Assembly (NCBI RefSeq): GCF_009914755.1
Contig: NC_060935.1
Reading direction: 5' to 3' (one strand)
Length of the DNA stretch: 64,000 nt
Source: the human T2T-CHM13v2.0 reference genome, Homo sapiens
This document shows positions 33,256-45,699 of the stretch, piece by piece. Both the position numbers and the translations under genes were made by a program. Positions within the stretch are counted from its first letter, which is position 1. The number at the start of each line of letters is the position of its first letter. The notes beneath the pieces were generated by a model that worked only from the letters and a program-made list of their open reading frames with translations, was not told where the DNA came from and made no database searches.

Positions 33256-33804
33256 TGGGGATTGGGTTCTAACGCGTAAGTCTTCTCTTGCTACCTGGAA
33301 AGCAGCAAGCGGCAAAAGCTGGCCCCGGGCCCGCCTCCAGGTCCTGAGGGAACTCCCTGTTCCCAGCCCCATTCCCTTGTTCTCTCTTCTTCTCCAGCCC
33401 TGGGCTAACCTCCAGATCCTGATCAAACTCTCCATCTTCTTTTTCCTTCCTTCCCCTTTCTGGGCAGCTCCAACAAGGATCACCCCCATTGCTGGACATC
33501 ACAACCCAAACTGGTCTCCAATTAGTGGGCAAGTCTTCCTTCTCCTCCTGTCCTGATTACTCACATATTCCTGCCTGTTGACAGAAAATCCCAGCGCTGG
33601 GTGAGAGGTCTCTCTGGTCATCAGGTGACCGTGGCCTGCCTTCTCAGGGGACGCCCTCACGATGTTCGCCGCTCCGGCCACTCCAGTCTCCAGGGAAACG
33701 CAAAGAGCTGCAGGGATGCTCTGGCTCTCCCGTTTCCCTTCTAACAGGAGGAATTGGGGTACTCGCTCCCCTCCTCTAAGTTTCTCACCCTTCTGGCCAC
33801 CAGT

Positions 33805-35343
33805 ATGGGGCAAGGCTCTTCAAAACCTCCTCGAGACACCACTCTGGATGTCTCGTCTGGAACCTCCAAACCCAGGGCTTGGCGAACTCCATTAAAACCG
33901 AATGCCGTATTCACTCCTCTCGTATGTCTCCTGCAGGACCTATGAGCCCAGGGCTTGGTGGACTCTATTAAAACTCAGCACCTTACTTGCCTCTGTACCT
34001 TCCTCTGTAATGTGGCCTAGCTTCAATGTAAACTGGACAATAATAGTCAATGGCCAAACAACAAAATATTCAATTTCCAAATTCAACATAATGTAAAAAA
34101 CTTCCTCCTGTGCAATGGTAAATGATCTGAGGTGCTTTGCTTATCTCTGTTTGTGGTTGTCTCTCTGCCAACCCTGTTCACCTTTTCAAATCCTCCTCCT
34201 CAACAAATATCTTGCAAAAGCACCTCCTCCTCCAGACAAGGCTTCCTTCTCTAATTTCAACCTGGCTAACAAACCCCCTCCCTCTGTATCCATCCCACCC
34301 CTCCTCCTTCTCATTCAGCTGTGGCTCCTCTACTCCCTTAATGTTGCCCTTCGCCCCCTCCTTCTCCACTGCATACCAGGTCTCACACTCAACCCCCTTT
34401 TGCCAAAAACCAGGCACATGCCCAAAGGTCCTCCAAAGTACTCCCGTTGTGGGAGGTTGTGGGGGCCTAAGGCACAATCTGAGTTCATGTTTCCTTCTCC
34501 CTAGCCAGCCTCTCCCAGCTTGAAAAGAAGCTCGGCTTTTTTCCCACAAATTCCACCTCCTGCAAGGAATTTCTAAATATCACTCAATCTTATGACCTTA
34601 CTTGTCATGACATATGTCATGCTGTCCTCCACCGTCACCCCGGAGCACAGGGAACGCATCTCGACAGCTGCCCAGGCCCATGCAAACACCCTCCACCAAC
34701 AAGATGCTGCCCATAACCCAGTAGGGACCCTAGCTGTCCCCAGAACTAATTCCAACTGGGATTATCAGGCAACTTCTGCAGACAGACAGAAACAGGGCCA
34801 TATAATATCATGCCTCCTAGCTGGCATGAACAAAGCTGCCCCTGCTCTTTTCCTCTCCTGCCTTTCAGAGGCCATGACTAAATATACCACCTTAAGCCCT
34901 AATACCAGTAAGGGCAGAATCTACCTTCATTTACACTTAATTTCCCAGTCAGCCCCAGAAATAAATAAATAAATAAAACTTTAAAAACTGGAGGATGACC
35001 CTCAAATCTCCCAAAGAGACTTAATCAAAGTGGCCTTTAAGGTCTTTAACAATACAGAGGAAAAACTGAAAACCCAAAAGCCAAAAAGGGACCAAGCTAA
35101 ACACCAGATGCTGGCAGCTGCCGTTCAACAGGGTTCCCAATGCATACAAAAATCCTCAACCTCGCAACAAACCACCGGAAGCCTGTTTGAAGTGTGGCCA
35201 ACAGGGTCACTAGGCAAAAGCCTGCCCTAATCCCAGGACACCCTCAAAACCTTGCCCCATCTGTGGTATCAAGGAACACTGGTCATTGGACTGTGCTCAG
35301 CGAAACTCTTCATCCCGTTTCACCACCTCTAACTGAAGACTGA
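33805..35343 (+). pseudogene. gag: ERV gag (disrupted)
   Basis: Myristoylation-type start MGQGSSKPP. CA remnants (WDYQ, PALFLSCLSEA, ISQSAP) with part of the MHR deleted near 34840. Two zinc knuckles CLKCGQQGH*AKAC and CPICGIKEHWSLDC (35183-35294). TGA at 35341. Confidence 0.85.
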
Positions 35344-38300
35344 TGGGGCCTGGAATCCACTCCCCCCACTGCCATCACCGCCTTGGAACCCAGGGTAACA
35401 CTGTCAGTATCTGGTAAGCTTATGCTTTTCCTGTTAAATATGTGACTAGTTACTCAGTTTTACCAGGATATTCTGGACCCCTCCTCAGTTCTTCTATCTC
35501 TATTTGTGGGAGTCAATGGAATCCCCTCTAGGCACAAACAGACTGGTTCTCTATTATGCAACCTATTCAACACCCCCTTCACCCACCCATTCCTGATTAT
35601 CCCTCAGTGTCCTACCCTATCTTGGGGCAGGACATACAAAGTAAATCCCAGGTCTCCATACAATTTGCCTCCTACAATTCCATCCCTTTTATTTTACTCT
35701 GCCGCCCAGATGCTTCCCTCTCCTTCCCCTCATCCTCATTATCCACCCTGTTACCTTTTGTTAATCCTGAAGTTCGAAATGTTTCTAAACCCACAATAGC
35801 CACACATCACATCCCAGTCACAATAACCCTCCAAAACCCCTCCATTTTCCTTCGTCAGTCTCAAAATCCCCTTAACCCAGCTGGTCTTAGGGACCTCAAA
35901 CCTATTATCTGTAAACTTTTATAAGCTCGAATTCTCAAGCCTGTCACCTCTCCCCACAACACCCCTATCCTAGTGGTCAATAAGACAGACAGGTCTTACC
36001 TCTTGGTCCAGGATCTCTGAGTTGTTAACTAGGCCTATCTATCTGGTGGTCCCAATCATATACTCTACTCTCCCATATTCCCTCATCTACCACACACTTC
36101 TCTGTATTGGATCTAAAGGACACCTTTTTCACTATTCCCTTAAATTTTGCTTCCCAAAGTCTTTTTGCTTTCACTTGGTCAAATCCTAATACACATCCTC
36201 CCAACTAACATGGATCATACTCCCACAGGGGTTCCAGGATAGTCCCCACCTATTCAGACAGGCCCTCACCAAGAATCTAGCTGAACTTCCCCTTATTCCT
36301 AGCACCCTCCTCTAATACGTCAATAACCTCCTTCTCTGTAGCCCCTCCCTTAACCTGTCCTTTGAACACACCACTCAGCTTTTAAATTTCCTCCATAGTC
36401 AAGGATATCGGGTCTCACCCACAAAGGCTCAGGTAGCCCAAACCCAGGTCACTTACCTTGGGCTTACTCTACCGCCTAATTCTCAGGCCTTCTCAACTCA
36501 GTGAAATGAGCTAAATTGGGATATTCCTCTTTCCCACACAAAGGAGGACCTCCTCTCCTTCTTGGGTCTTGTGGGATACTTCCAGCTGTAGATTCCCAAG
36601 TTTGGCTTGCTGTCCAAGCTGTTCTACACGGCCTCACATGGGCCCATCCTAAAATCCCTGAACCCAGCTTGCCCCATCAACTCCCACTTTAAAAAACTAA
36701 AAAAATGCCTTTTTAATGGCCCCAGCACTGGGACTGCCCAACCCCACCAACCCCTTTACTCTGTATGTACATTCTGACCAAGGCCTTGCTTATGGACTAC
36801 CAAACATACAGCAATGCCCCACAAGCCGTTACATACCTCTCAAAACAACCGGACTCTCATTCAAGGCTGGCCACTGTGCCTAAAAATCTTAGGTGTGGCC
36901 ACATTGCTGGCCTCAGAGGCACAGAAACTCACTTTCTAACAACACATTACTATGTGTAATGCATCTTCCCATAACCTATAGAACCTCATAAGCCATCATT
37001 CTCTTCTATCCCTCTCACCATCCTGCTTACAGCAGGTACGTGCCTTATTCATAGGAAACTCTCTAAATCACTTTCCAGAAATGTAAAGCTCTCAACCTGG
37101 CCACCCTTCTCCCTGTAAACACCTCCAACTCTGAGCTCTCTCTCTCACTCCTGCCTGGACCTCTTAGACTCCCTCTCTTCCCACTTCCAACACATTTTGG
37201 AAGCCCCTTTGCAGGGAACCCCTACATGGTTCATTAACAGAAGCTCTTTTAGGGAGCCATGTCCAGCAGCTGCCAAAAACAAACTCATCATTGCCAAAAA
37301 CAAACTCCTAAAATCCAATGCTCTCCCGCCTCATACTACCCCTCAACAGGTGAAGCTAGTTTTTCTAACCACGGCCCTCACCCTAGCAAAGGGAAAGAGA
37401 ATTAACATTTACATGAATTCCAAATACACATACCACATCCTGCACTCTCACGCTTTAAGCTAGCCGGAAAGGGTTTTTCTAGCTACAAAAAGAACCCCCA
37501 TAGGAAATGGCAAACTCATATACAAGCTGCTGGAGGCAGCTAAACTACCATCACAGGCTGCCATCATCCATTGTAAAGGACACTAAAAGGCTACAAATGC
37601 CATAAACAAGGGAAAGTTTTTAGCAAGTTCGGCGGCCCAGCAGACAGCCCTTAAAAAATCATTATTGCCCATTTTTCCCAACATACACCCTATATATACC
37701 CAAGAGGAACAAATCTCAGTCACCTAGGCTGGCACCATTCAGGAATTAAAATGGTTCTACCTCAATAATAAAATTGTCTTACTCAAGTCACAAAAAACTT
37801 CTGTACTTTTATAAGTGCACAACAATTTTTATGCTGGTTACTGCCCACTACTCCATCTCTTAAAAGGTTATATACATTCTCCCACCATGGCTGCTAATCT
37901 CAAAAATATTTCTAAGGCATGTTCCCTTTGCACTCAAACTTCCCCTCAGGAAGCTATCAAATCACCTCCTTTCCTGCACACCAGGCCTGAGGACACCTGT
38001 CAGGGCAGGACTGGCAAATCGACTTCACCCACATGCCCCCCCATAAAGAGTCCAATACCTTGTGACAGCAGTAAATATATTCTCTGGATAAAAGCTTTTC
38101 CTACCACCACCAAAAGGGCACACACTGTCACTTCTATTCTCCTCACTCATACTATCCCCCAGTTTGAACTCCCCTCTACCATCCAGTCAGACAATGGGCC
38201 AACATTTATTTCACAGGTTAACCAACAGCAAGCAAAGGCTCTAAACATTAAATGGGCTTTCCATATTCCCTGTAACCCCCAATCTTCCAGTAAGATTGAA

Positions 38301-38800
38301 CAGGCCAATGCCCTTCTGAAACAACAACTAACCAAACTCTCCCTTGAGGTTAAGACGACCTGGACTTCACTTCTCCCATTGGCCCTCATGCATTTGTGAG
38401 CCATTCCCCACAAGCCCCTCAGCCTAAGCCCATTTGAACTCATGTACAGATGCCCCTTTATCCTCCAGGATCTTCCTTCATCTCCTCCCCCTTCTATATG
38501 GGATACTTGGCTGGCATTACACCTCACTCAACATCTAACAAGACAGTGTGCAAATGCTTACTTGCCCCAGCCTGAAAGCCCATCCTCCAGACACTCCTCC
38601 CTGTCCCTACAACCAGGGGACTGGGTCTGAATCACAGACTCCTCCTCCTCCTCTCTCCAACCAAAGTGGATGGGTCCTCACCAGGTAATCCTAACTACTC
38701 TCATGGCGGCAAAGCTAACATCCTATCCATATTGGATACACCATTCCAAACTAAAAAGACCACCAATTCCACTTCCAGAAATTTCCTCATCCCCAAATTA
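35344..38800 (+). pseudogene. pol: ERV pro-pol (protease, RT, RNase H, integrase; disrupted)
   Basis: VLDLKDTFFTIPL, LPQGFQDSPHLF and YVNN (for YVDD) in RT. WFINRSS and IYMNSKY in RNase H. IIHCKGH, CSLC, WQIDF, IQSDNGPTF and WMGPHQVIL further on. Confidence 0.92.
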
Positions 38801-38876
38801 TTCTTCCCCCCTCACAGGACTGACTTGCTGCGCTTACAAAAATTCCAGAAGTTGCCGATCCAGAAGGCCCTGGTCC

Positions 38877-40590
38877 ATGACATTCTCTGCCTCCAATTTC
38901 AAATCTTTTATCTCATACTTTGTTTCAAATCTTTCCCAGTATTCCCTCCCGTGTCCCTGGATAGACCACTCCAGTTCCTCACATTAATCCAGGAGCTATG
39001 GCTGCAGGACACCTTCCAGGATATCACTCCTACTCAAATCTCCGTTTTTGTTTTTATTTTTTCTTTTTGTCTTCTTTGTCTGTTGGATACTCTAAGTCCC
39101 CACCCCCAACCTTTGGCAGTTGGGGCCCCTTTGTCAACCTCACACATTACCTTTTAATCAGTTACACTTCCCTCTTTCTTCCAACTGTTAAATTTATTTG
39201 TCCACATAAATCCAGCAAATCACAGCCCTTCCTGTTAACCTAACCACATAAACCTGGCCCAAAATAAACCTGCATCTCACCTACTCAGCCAATCCATTCC
39301 CAAAACCTGTTTATAATCTTGCTCAGCTAAACACCTTTCCCCCAATCCATCAAATAAACCCACACTGTCACACACTGGGATGTCGCCCTCCTTTACTTCA
39401 TGGCCTCTAAACGAAACATGTTTCAAGCTGGATTTCATAAAACACCTCCTTACCAACCCTGCCCCTCTCTGCTGGTGCAGCTCTCCATGTATCAAACTCA
39501 AGTGTGCTTCCTGGAAAAAAAAAATGCACATGATTCCCTCAACTGCAACCTTTATCCTTCTGCCCTGTCAGAACCACAATGGCTATTAGTTACCAAAACC
39601 CATCTCTTTCTCTCTCTCCAAAACCAAAAAGCCTTCACCTCCTTCCCCATCAATATTCCCTATCAGGCCCTCACAGGGACAACCCTTGCTACCAACTATT
39701 CAACTTGGAAAAACAGAAAGTTGGGACAAAATGTTTATTCAGGATTCAACCCCTCCTTCTCATGGCTCACTACCTTCACTTACAACTTTTCCCTGTCCAC
39801 CCCAAGTCTTTTCTGTGTGAAACAAACTCTTATCTCTGCCTACTGGCCAATTGGTCAGGAACAGGCACCCTAGTATTTCAGTCCCCAAACATTAACATCC
39901 TACCAAACAACCAGAGCATCCAGGTTCCTTTAGCAGCTTCTGTCTCATCTTCCTCTACATGCACTAAGCGGGCTCTACGTCTCATTCCTCTGGTAACAGG
40001 ATTAAGCATCTCTGCTGCACTTGGCACTGGAATAGCAGGGATATCACCCTCAACTGCCCTATATAACAAAATCTCTGCAGTTTTCTATGATACCCTAGAG
40101 GACATGCACACTTCCATGACAAGCCTCCAAAGGCAGATAGACTCCTTTGTGGGAGTCGTCCTTCAAAACCAAAGGGCTCTAGACCTGTTAATCGCTGAGA
40201 AGGGGGACATATGTGTATACTTCCAAAACCAATGCTGTTTTTATGTTAATGAATCCAGCATTATTCATGACGCGGCCCTAAGGCTCCATGACAGGGCTGC
40301 AGAAATCCATCAAGTTACTAACTCTTGGTGGCAGGGGTCATTGTTTCTAAAGTGGATGCCTTGGTAACCCCTTCTTAGAGCCCTTAGTTTTCTTCCCTCA
40401 TAATACTAAAAACTACTCCTGTGTACTCACCTTTATATTCTGCTTTATCTCCCAAAGGCTGAACTCCCTTGTCCAGGCAGCCACCTAGAAACACATTCAT
40501 ACCATCCTTCTCCACCAAGTCCGGTATCAGCGCCTCCAGGAAAACAACTCTGAAGACGACACGCACTACTTCAAAACCCAAACCCTGACT
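38877..40590 (+). pseudogene. env: ERV env (disrupted SU; open reading frame across the SU C-terminus and TM ectodomain)
   Basis: ORF 39579-40367 contains CLLANWSGTGTL, cleavage site CTKR, a fusion peptide, immunosuppressive domain LQNQRALDLLIAEKGD and CX6CC (CVYFQNQCC). It stops before the membrane anchor. The start position is approximate. Confidence 0.9.
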
Positions 40591-40650
40591 ACAGTGCCCC
40601 TATTCAGCAGGAAGCAGCCACATAATGAACAACTCTCATCTTTCTTTTAT

Positions 40651-40670
40651 AGTAAAGTAGGAGGCAAGAA
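40651..40670 (+). promoter_or_regulatory. Polypurine tract
   Basis: agtaaagtaggaggcaagaa immediately before the 3' LTR. Confidence 0.8.
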
Positions 40671-41179
40671 TGTTACTCCAAACTGTAACATTTTGTAAGC
40701 GCCCCCCGCCCCCCCCCCCGCTATTTTGCAGACCTTGGCCAAAGTGAAACATTTCACCAAGATTCAGGCTGTGAGAAACATCTTGCCTACCCACCTGACC
40801 ACAAGGCAGACAAAGGCCCAACGGAAGAAACATTCTTATCATACCCTACTCGGCAAAGGCTCAACTAAAGAAACATCCCTATCATATTCTGTTGGGAGAA
40901 AGTGCAAAGAAACACCACGTTCTGGAGGAATAAGAGCCAGAACTGCCTCATCATGGGAACATCTTATGAATATCCTGCCGGGCAGCCAGCTATATGGCCC
41001 AGATCTCTGCCGCTCAGACCCATTAAGTACCCCAGCCTGTAAGCGGCGGTGAGCTCTGTCTGGCCCTAAGTTAGTTGGCCCTCAACTTCCGCAGGTGTCT
41101 GCAATATACCTGTGTTGCTGTTTGAGCTGCCCCCTCTCTGTGTCTTTTTTTAACCCTCGTCTCCCTTCAAAACCTAACA
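40671..41179 (+). repeat. 3' LTR (509 bp)
   Basis: tgttactccaaactg...aaaacctaaca. Has an extra 43-bp unit and a C-run relative to the 5' LTR. Confidence 0.95.
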
Positions 41180-41263
41180 GTAAGCACTCAATTCTTACTT
41201 GTTGAATAAATGAATGATAGACAATGGACGATGGTTAATTTTTGTTAAGAAAAATGGAAATTC

Positions 41264-41638
<375 letters not shown>

Positions 41639-42739
41639 CTAAGAATTATGGGTCAGAGAAGCCATATCAGATGTAAAACACGATTACAGGGTTGAAAAGG
41701 GAAGATAAAGCAAGATTTCAGGAGTTTCCCAAATGCAAGAGTAATTCAGGAAATGATTTATAAAATTGAGCAGTGAGAGAGTGGTATGTGCTCTTATTAA
41801 GTTTAGAAGGTCATTTGGTCAGGCTGGAGTTCACTGGCTAGTCAGGACAAACAATCCCACTGTCTCCACTGGCTCTGCTGCTGTGTCTCTACAATTAGGT
41901 TGCATCGTTAGATATTAAGTAGATTTTCTAATTTCTATTTTATGCTATCCTATAGTATCACAAGGAGTATATGTGTGTGTTTGGGGGTGGGGGTGGGATT
42001 TGAAGACTTTAGAAGGTTCCACTCCTCTGTTTAAGCAATTATGATGTCAGTTGAAGACAACACTCACTCCTCTGCCTCTGCAAGAGAAAAGCCCAAGGGC
42101 CTAGGTAAACAATGGACAGCATCCTGGATGATGAGTGAGTTTACTTCTTTAAGAAAAGCAACTTGAGGGCAATGGAAAGGTGGCTTAAAAGAGAACAGGA
42201 ACCATATGTCAATTATAGAAAGAATTATTAGGACAAAGGTGGTGTACTGAACCTGACTTCAGGATTAGTTTGAACAGCATAATCCTAGAAGTGTTCTAAA
42301 AGTTCCAGTTAGTGAGGTTTTAGAATTTTTTAGCTTCGGGTAAAAAATCTATTTGATAAGGTCCAGATTTTTCATATCACTGTGACTATTTGGAGATGGT
42401 CTCCTGTAGGTCTGTTTCTACTGAGCTGGGAAGCAGCCCAGGTTTGCTTCTGGTGCTCCTGGTCCAAATCACCTATGGTTCCCTGAGAGAAAACCATTCT
42501 TTACAGAGAGAGAAGGGGAAACTAACACTGCTTACATTAGAATATATTTACGTGTCTGCACTATAAAACCTTACATTAAAAGGCTAAAATGCAAACAGCA
42601 TTACAGGTCTCTTTCCAGGGGTAAGGTGACATTTTGTTAGGAACCTTTCGAAAGTTACTTTGCTTATCTCTGCCTTTCTGTCTCTCATGTTCCAGGGCCA
42701 TAACTTATGAAGATCAACACTGATGTGATTGGTCTTTAC

Positions 42740-43020
42740 TCCCATGTCATGTTTGCAATGAGGCTTTCCTGGCCACTCTAACTAAAATTGCTCCCTACTG
42801 ACACTATATCTCATTCCCTTGCTCATTTTTCTCTTTTGCACTTACTATTATCTAAAAACAAAACAAAAAAACCTTATTGTTGGTTTCTGCTCCAGAGTGT
42901 AAGTTCTATAAGGGTGGATTAGATATTCATGTCTGTGTCATAGACATTTCTATTCCCTGGAGTCTAGAACAGTATTTGGCACATGGAAGATACTCATTTA
43001 GTATTTTTGAGTGACTAAAT
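42740..43020 (+). mobile_element. L2 3' fragment
   Basis: gaggctttcctggccactctaactaaaattgc...ctagaacagtatttggcacat..actca. Confidence 0.6.
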
Positions 43021-45254
43021 TATACATTGAATTGGCACAGTCCTCGAAAGCACTCTCATTAGATTATAAAGCTTGTTACAATGAAGCTGCTGTTATTGCA
43101 AATTTGTGTACTAGTGATTGCCTTCCTTCCTTATGATTCATAATGTAGCTCATGATGGCAAGCACTTAGATTGAAAAGTTTTAGAACCTATATCAGGGGT
43201 AGGCACTTCTTGAAATAAATGAAAGAAAGAATGAATATATGAAATCACTTTTAACATCCTTTCTCAGAACTGCATTCAGAAACAGTCTACGGCCTGAATA
43301 AGCAAAATGGTCTAATTACTTCTTATCCACATGTTGCTTTTTGCCAAAAATTGCTAAGTTTAATGAGTTGTTAGTGGAGCAAAATAATGCCTCCATCATA
43401 AATTTGCTTATAGACAGTCTTCCATATATCCTATTATAGACAATACAAGATGGGAAAAGTAAACAAAAATGCCTAAATCCTGTCAGGTGACAGTCTCATA
43501 AAATTTGACTTCAATTTAATATCCAGAGATATATGTGGGTGATGAACATTTGACAACTGCCTTACGTTTTGCTGCAGTGTCACACAGAGTAGCTGCCATT
43601 CTGGTCCAAAAACCCTGCAGGGAAAAGAAAAAACATGAAATATTAGAAATCCTTAATTATGTTTCCTGAGTTTATTCAGCTTGAAGTCTGATTGCCAAAA
43701 ATATCCCTGCTTGTAACATTAATAGTCTTTTCTATTTAACTAAAATATCAGGAATGTAAAGGAAATGTAAACCACTTCGGTTGTCTAACCAACATTATTC
43801 ATTTGATTTCTGCTCACTGCTGATAGTAGCACATTTATATTTCATGGTTTCTGAATTCAAACTGCAAAAATATCCAGATGTGGTCGGCTGCTTTCAGGAC
43901 CAGATGATAAACAGCATTATTTCTTGAAGTTAGATAGCAATCCTGAAGAATAGTCCATTCAGCAGCAAATCAAAAGATTTATATTAAGTAGGAAAGTCAT
44001 ATTAATCTTGCCTAGGTATCCCTGGTAGCAGAAACTTATCTGTAGGGAAAATAGAAAGCATTATATAAAGAAAGAGGCTTACATTATGGCCTGGAAGCAG
44101 AATGGCATCAAAATAAGGAGAGAGACTCAATATATAATTTAGAACTAATTTCTGAGAACAATATTTAATGGAAAACTTAATATCACAGCTCACAACCCCA
44201 CTTCAGGGCCAATCAAAAAGTAGGTAAGCAATTTTGGAATGCTTCATGATGTGGAAAGAAATCTTTGTTAGAGACTTACGGTTTTAAATTATTATAGGCT
44301 TCTTCCTATGAGGTTTCTGGAACATAATGCTTTAAAAATGCATTGGTGATGTGAGTGTTCCTACTAACACACGGTTCTCTGCAGCTGAGGATATATTTCT
44401 AATGTTGCTGCTCATGGTTTCCTTTGATCTGCCAGTTTTAGCATAATGATCTAATACACATGTGAGTATTTTGAACAGGCAAATAGTTCTACATAAATTC
44501 TAGATATGGCATTTTTCTCATTTTTGTTTTAGTGTACATTTATATATATGAAAAGAGTGTTCTTCATCATTTCTTTGCAGTGCAATTTTAAGCCTGAAAA
44601 GAATATTTGGTCTTCAATCTTGGCAAGCATACCTGTAAAGTAGATGGTAAGGCTGCTGATGAGGTAAGAAACTTTCTTCTTGGTTAATGAAGGGTATCTA
44701 ATGGTCTTCTTTATCATCTTGATATATTTGTATTTACCTCTCTAAAAAAAAAAACTGTACTTGGTTAGTTATTCAAATTGCTAAAAATCAAGCTGAAACC
44801 AATAATAAGTAGAGCCTTAAATTCTGAGGAAAAGTTTGCAGAGTAAAACCCATCTTTTTTTATACCGTAATTCAAAAGTCAGTTTTTAAATCATGATTCT
44901 TGAATTATGTCTTCTTTTTCCTTGGCTATTAAGACTGTCTAAGATAGCTTTCTAGTTTAAGAGGTGGAGATTGATCTTTCTTTAAATAACTAACCCTCTG
45001 TGGATTGTTCTATACAATTAATCAATTAAGTTGGTGTTGTTTTATTGTTTGCTGCTACATGTATATTAAGTCTTACCTCCAAGCCCAACTGTATGATCCT
45101 TGAAAGCAGGACATAAACCAGTTTCTCAGATATTAAAGGAAGCTGAAGAGTATTACACAGAAAAAGTATAGAAATATTAAGGATGAGAAGTACTGGGTAT
45201 TTTATGAGTTAAGCAAGCTTCTTTAGTGCAGAGCTTCTCTGAACGTCTGTTGTA

Positions 45255-45440
45255 GCATGTAGCTGTGGCTCCTGAACCAGACTGCCTCGGTTCCCATCTT
45301 AACTCCATTATGAGCTGTGTGATCTTGAACCTTGGATACATGGCTTAACCTTTATGTGCTTTAATTTCTAGGACTGTAATCTGGGTTACCTCACACAGTT
45401 TTATGAAGCATTTAGAAATTAATGCATGCACTATTATCAT
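45255..45440 (+). mobile_element. MIR SINE
   Basis: ccagactgcctcggttcccatctt..agctgtgtgatcttg..cttaacctttatgtgctttaatttc. Confidence 0.6.
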
Positions 45441-45699
45441 TAATGTACAATTGTGAATTTCTGCAAGAGCAATTTACTGTGCAGTTTCCATAAACATATC
45501 TGACCATGGAATTATTTTTTTTTCCTGACATATCACATAACTGGTGTTCCAGAAAATACACTCAAAGAAATATCTTTAGACAGTGTCCTATGATTACTGA
45601 TACTTAACACATTTGTATCATGAACATTAGATATCCATATGCCATTCATACAGATTTTAAAATATATATATTTTTACTTTTATGCATGCTTCCCCCTCT

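Larger units (their letters stand above)
32795..41179 (+). mobile_element. Complete but inactivated class I (gamma-like) endogenous retrovirus, HERV-H/F supergroup, probably LTR46/HERV46
   Basis: Two LTRs, tRNA-Phe PBS, gag-pro-pol-env in order, PPT, and 5-bp TSD ataag/gtaag. The family name is from recall. Confidence 0.93.
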
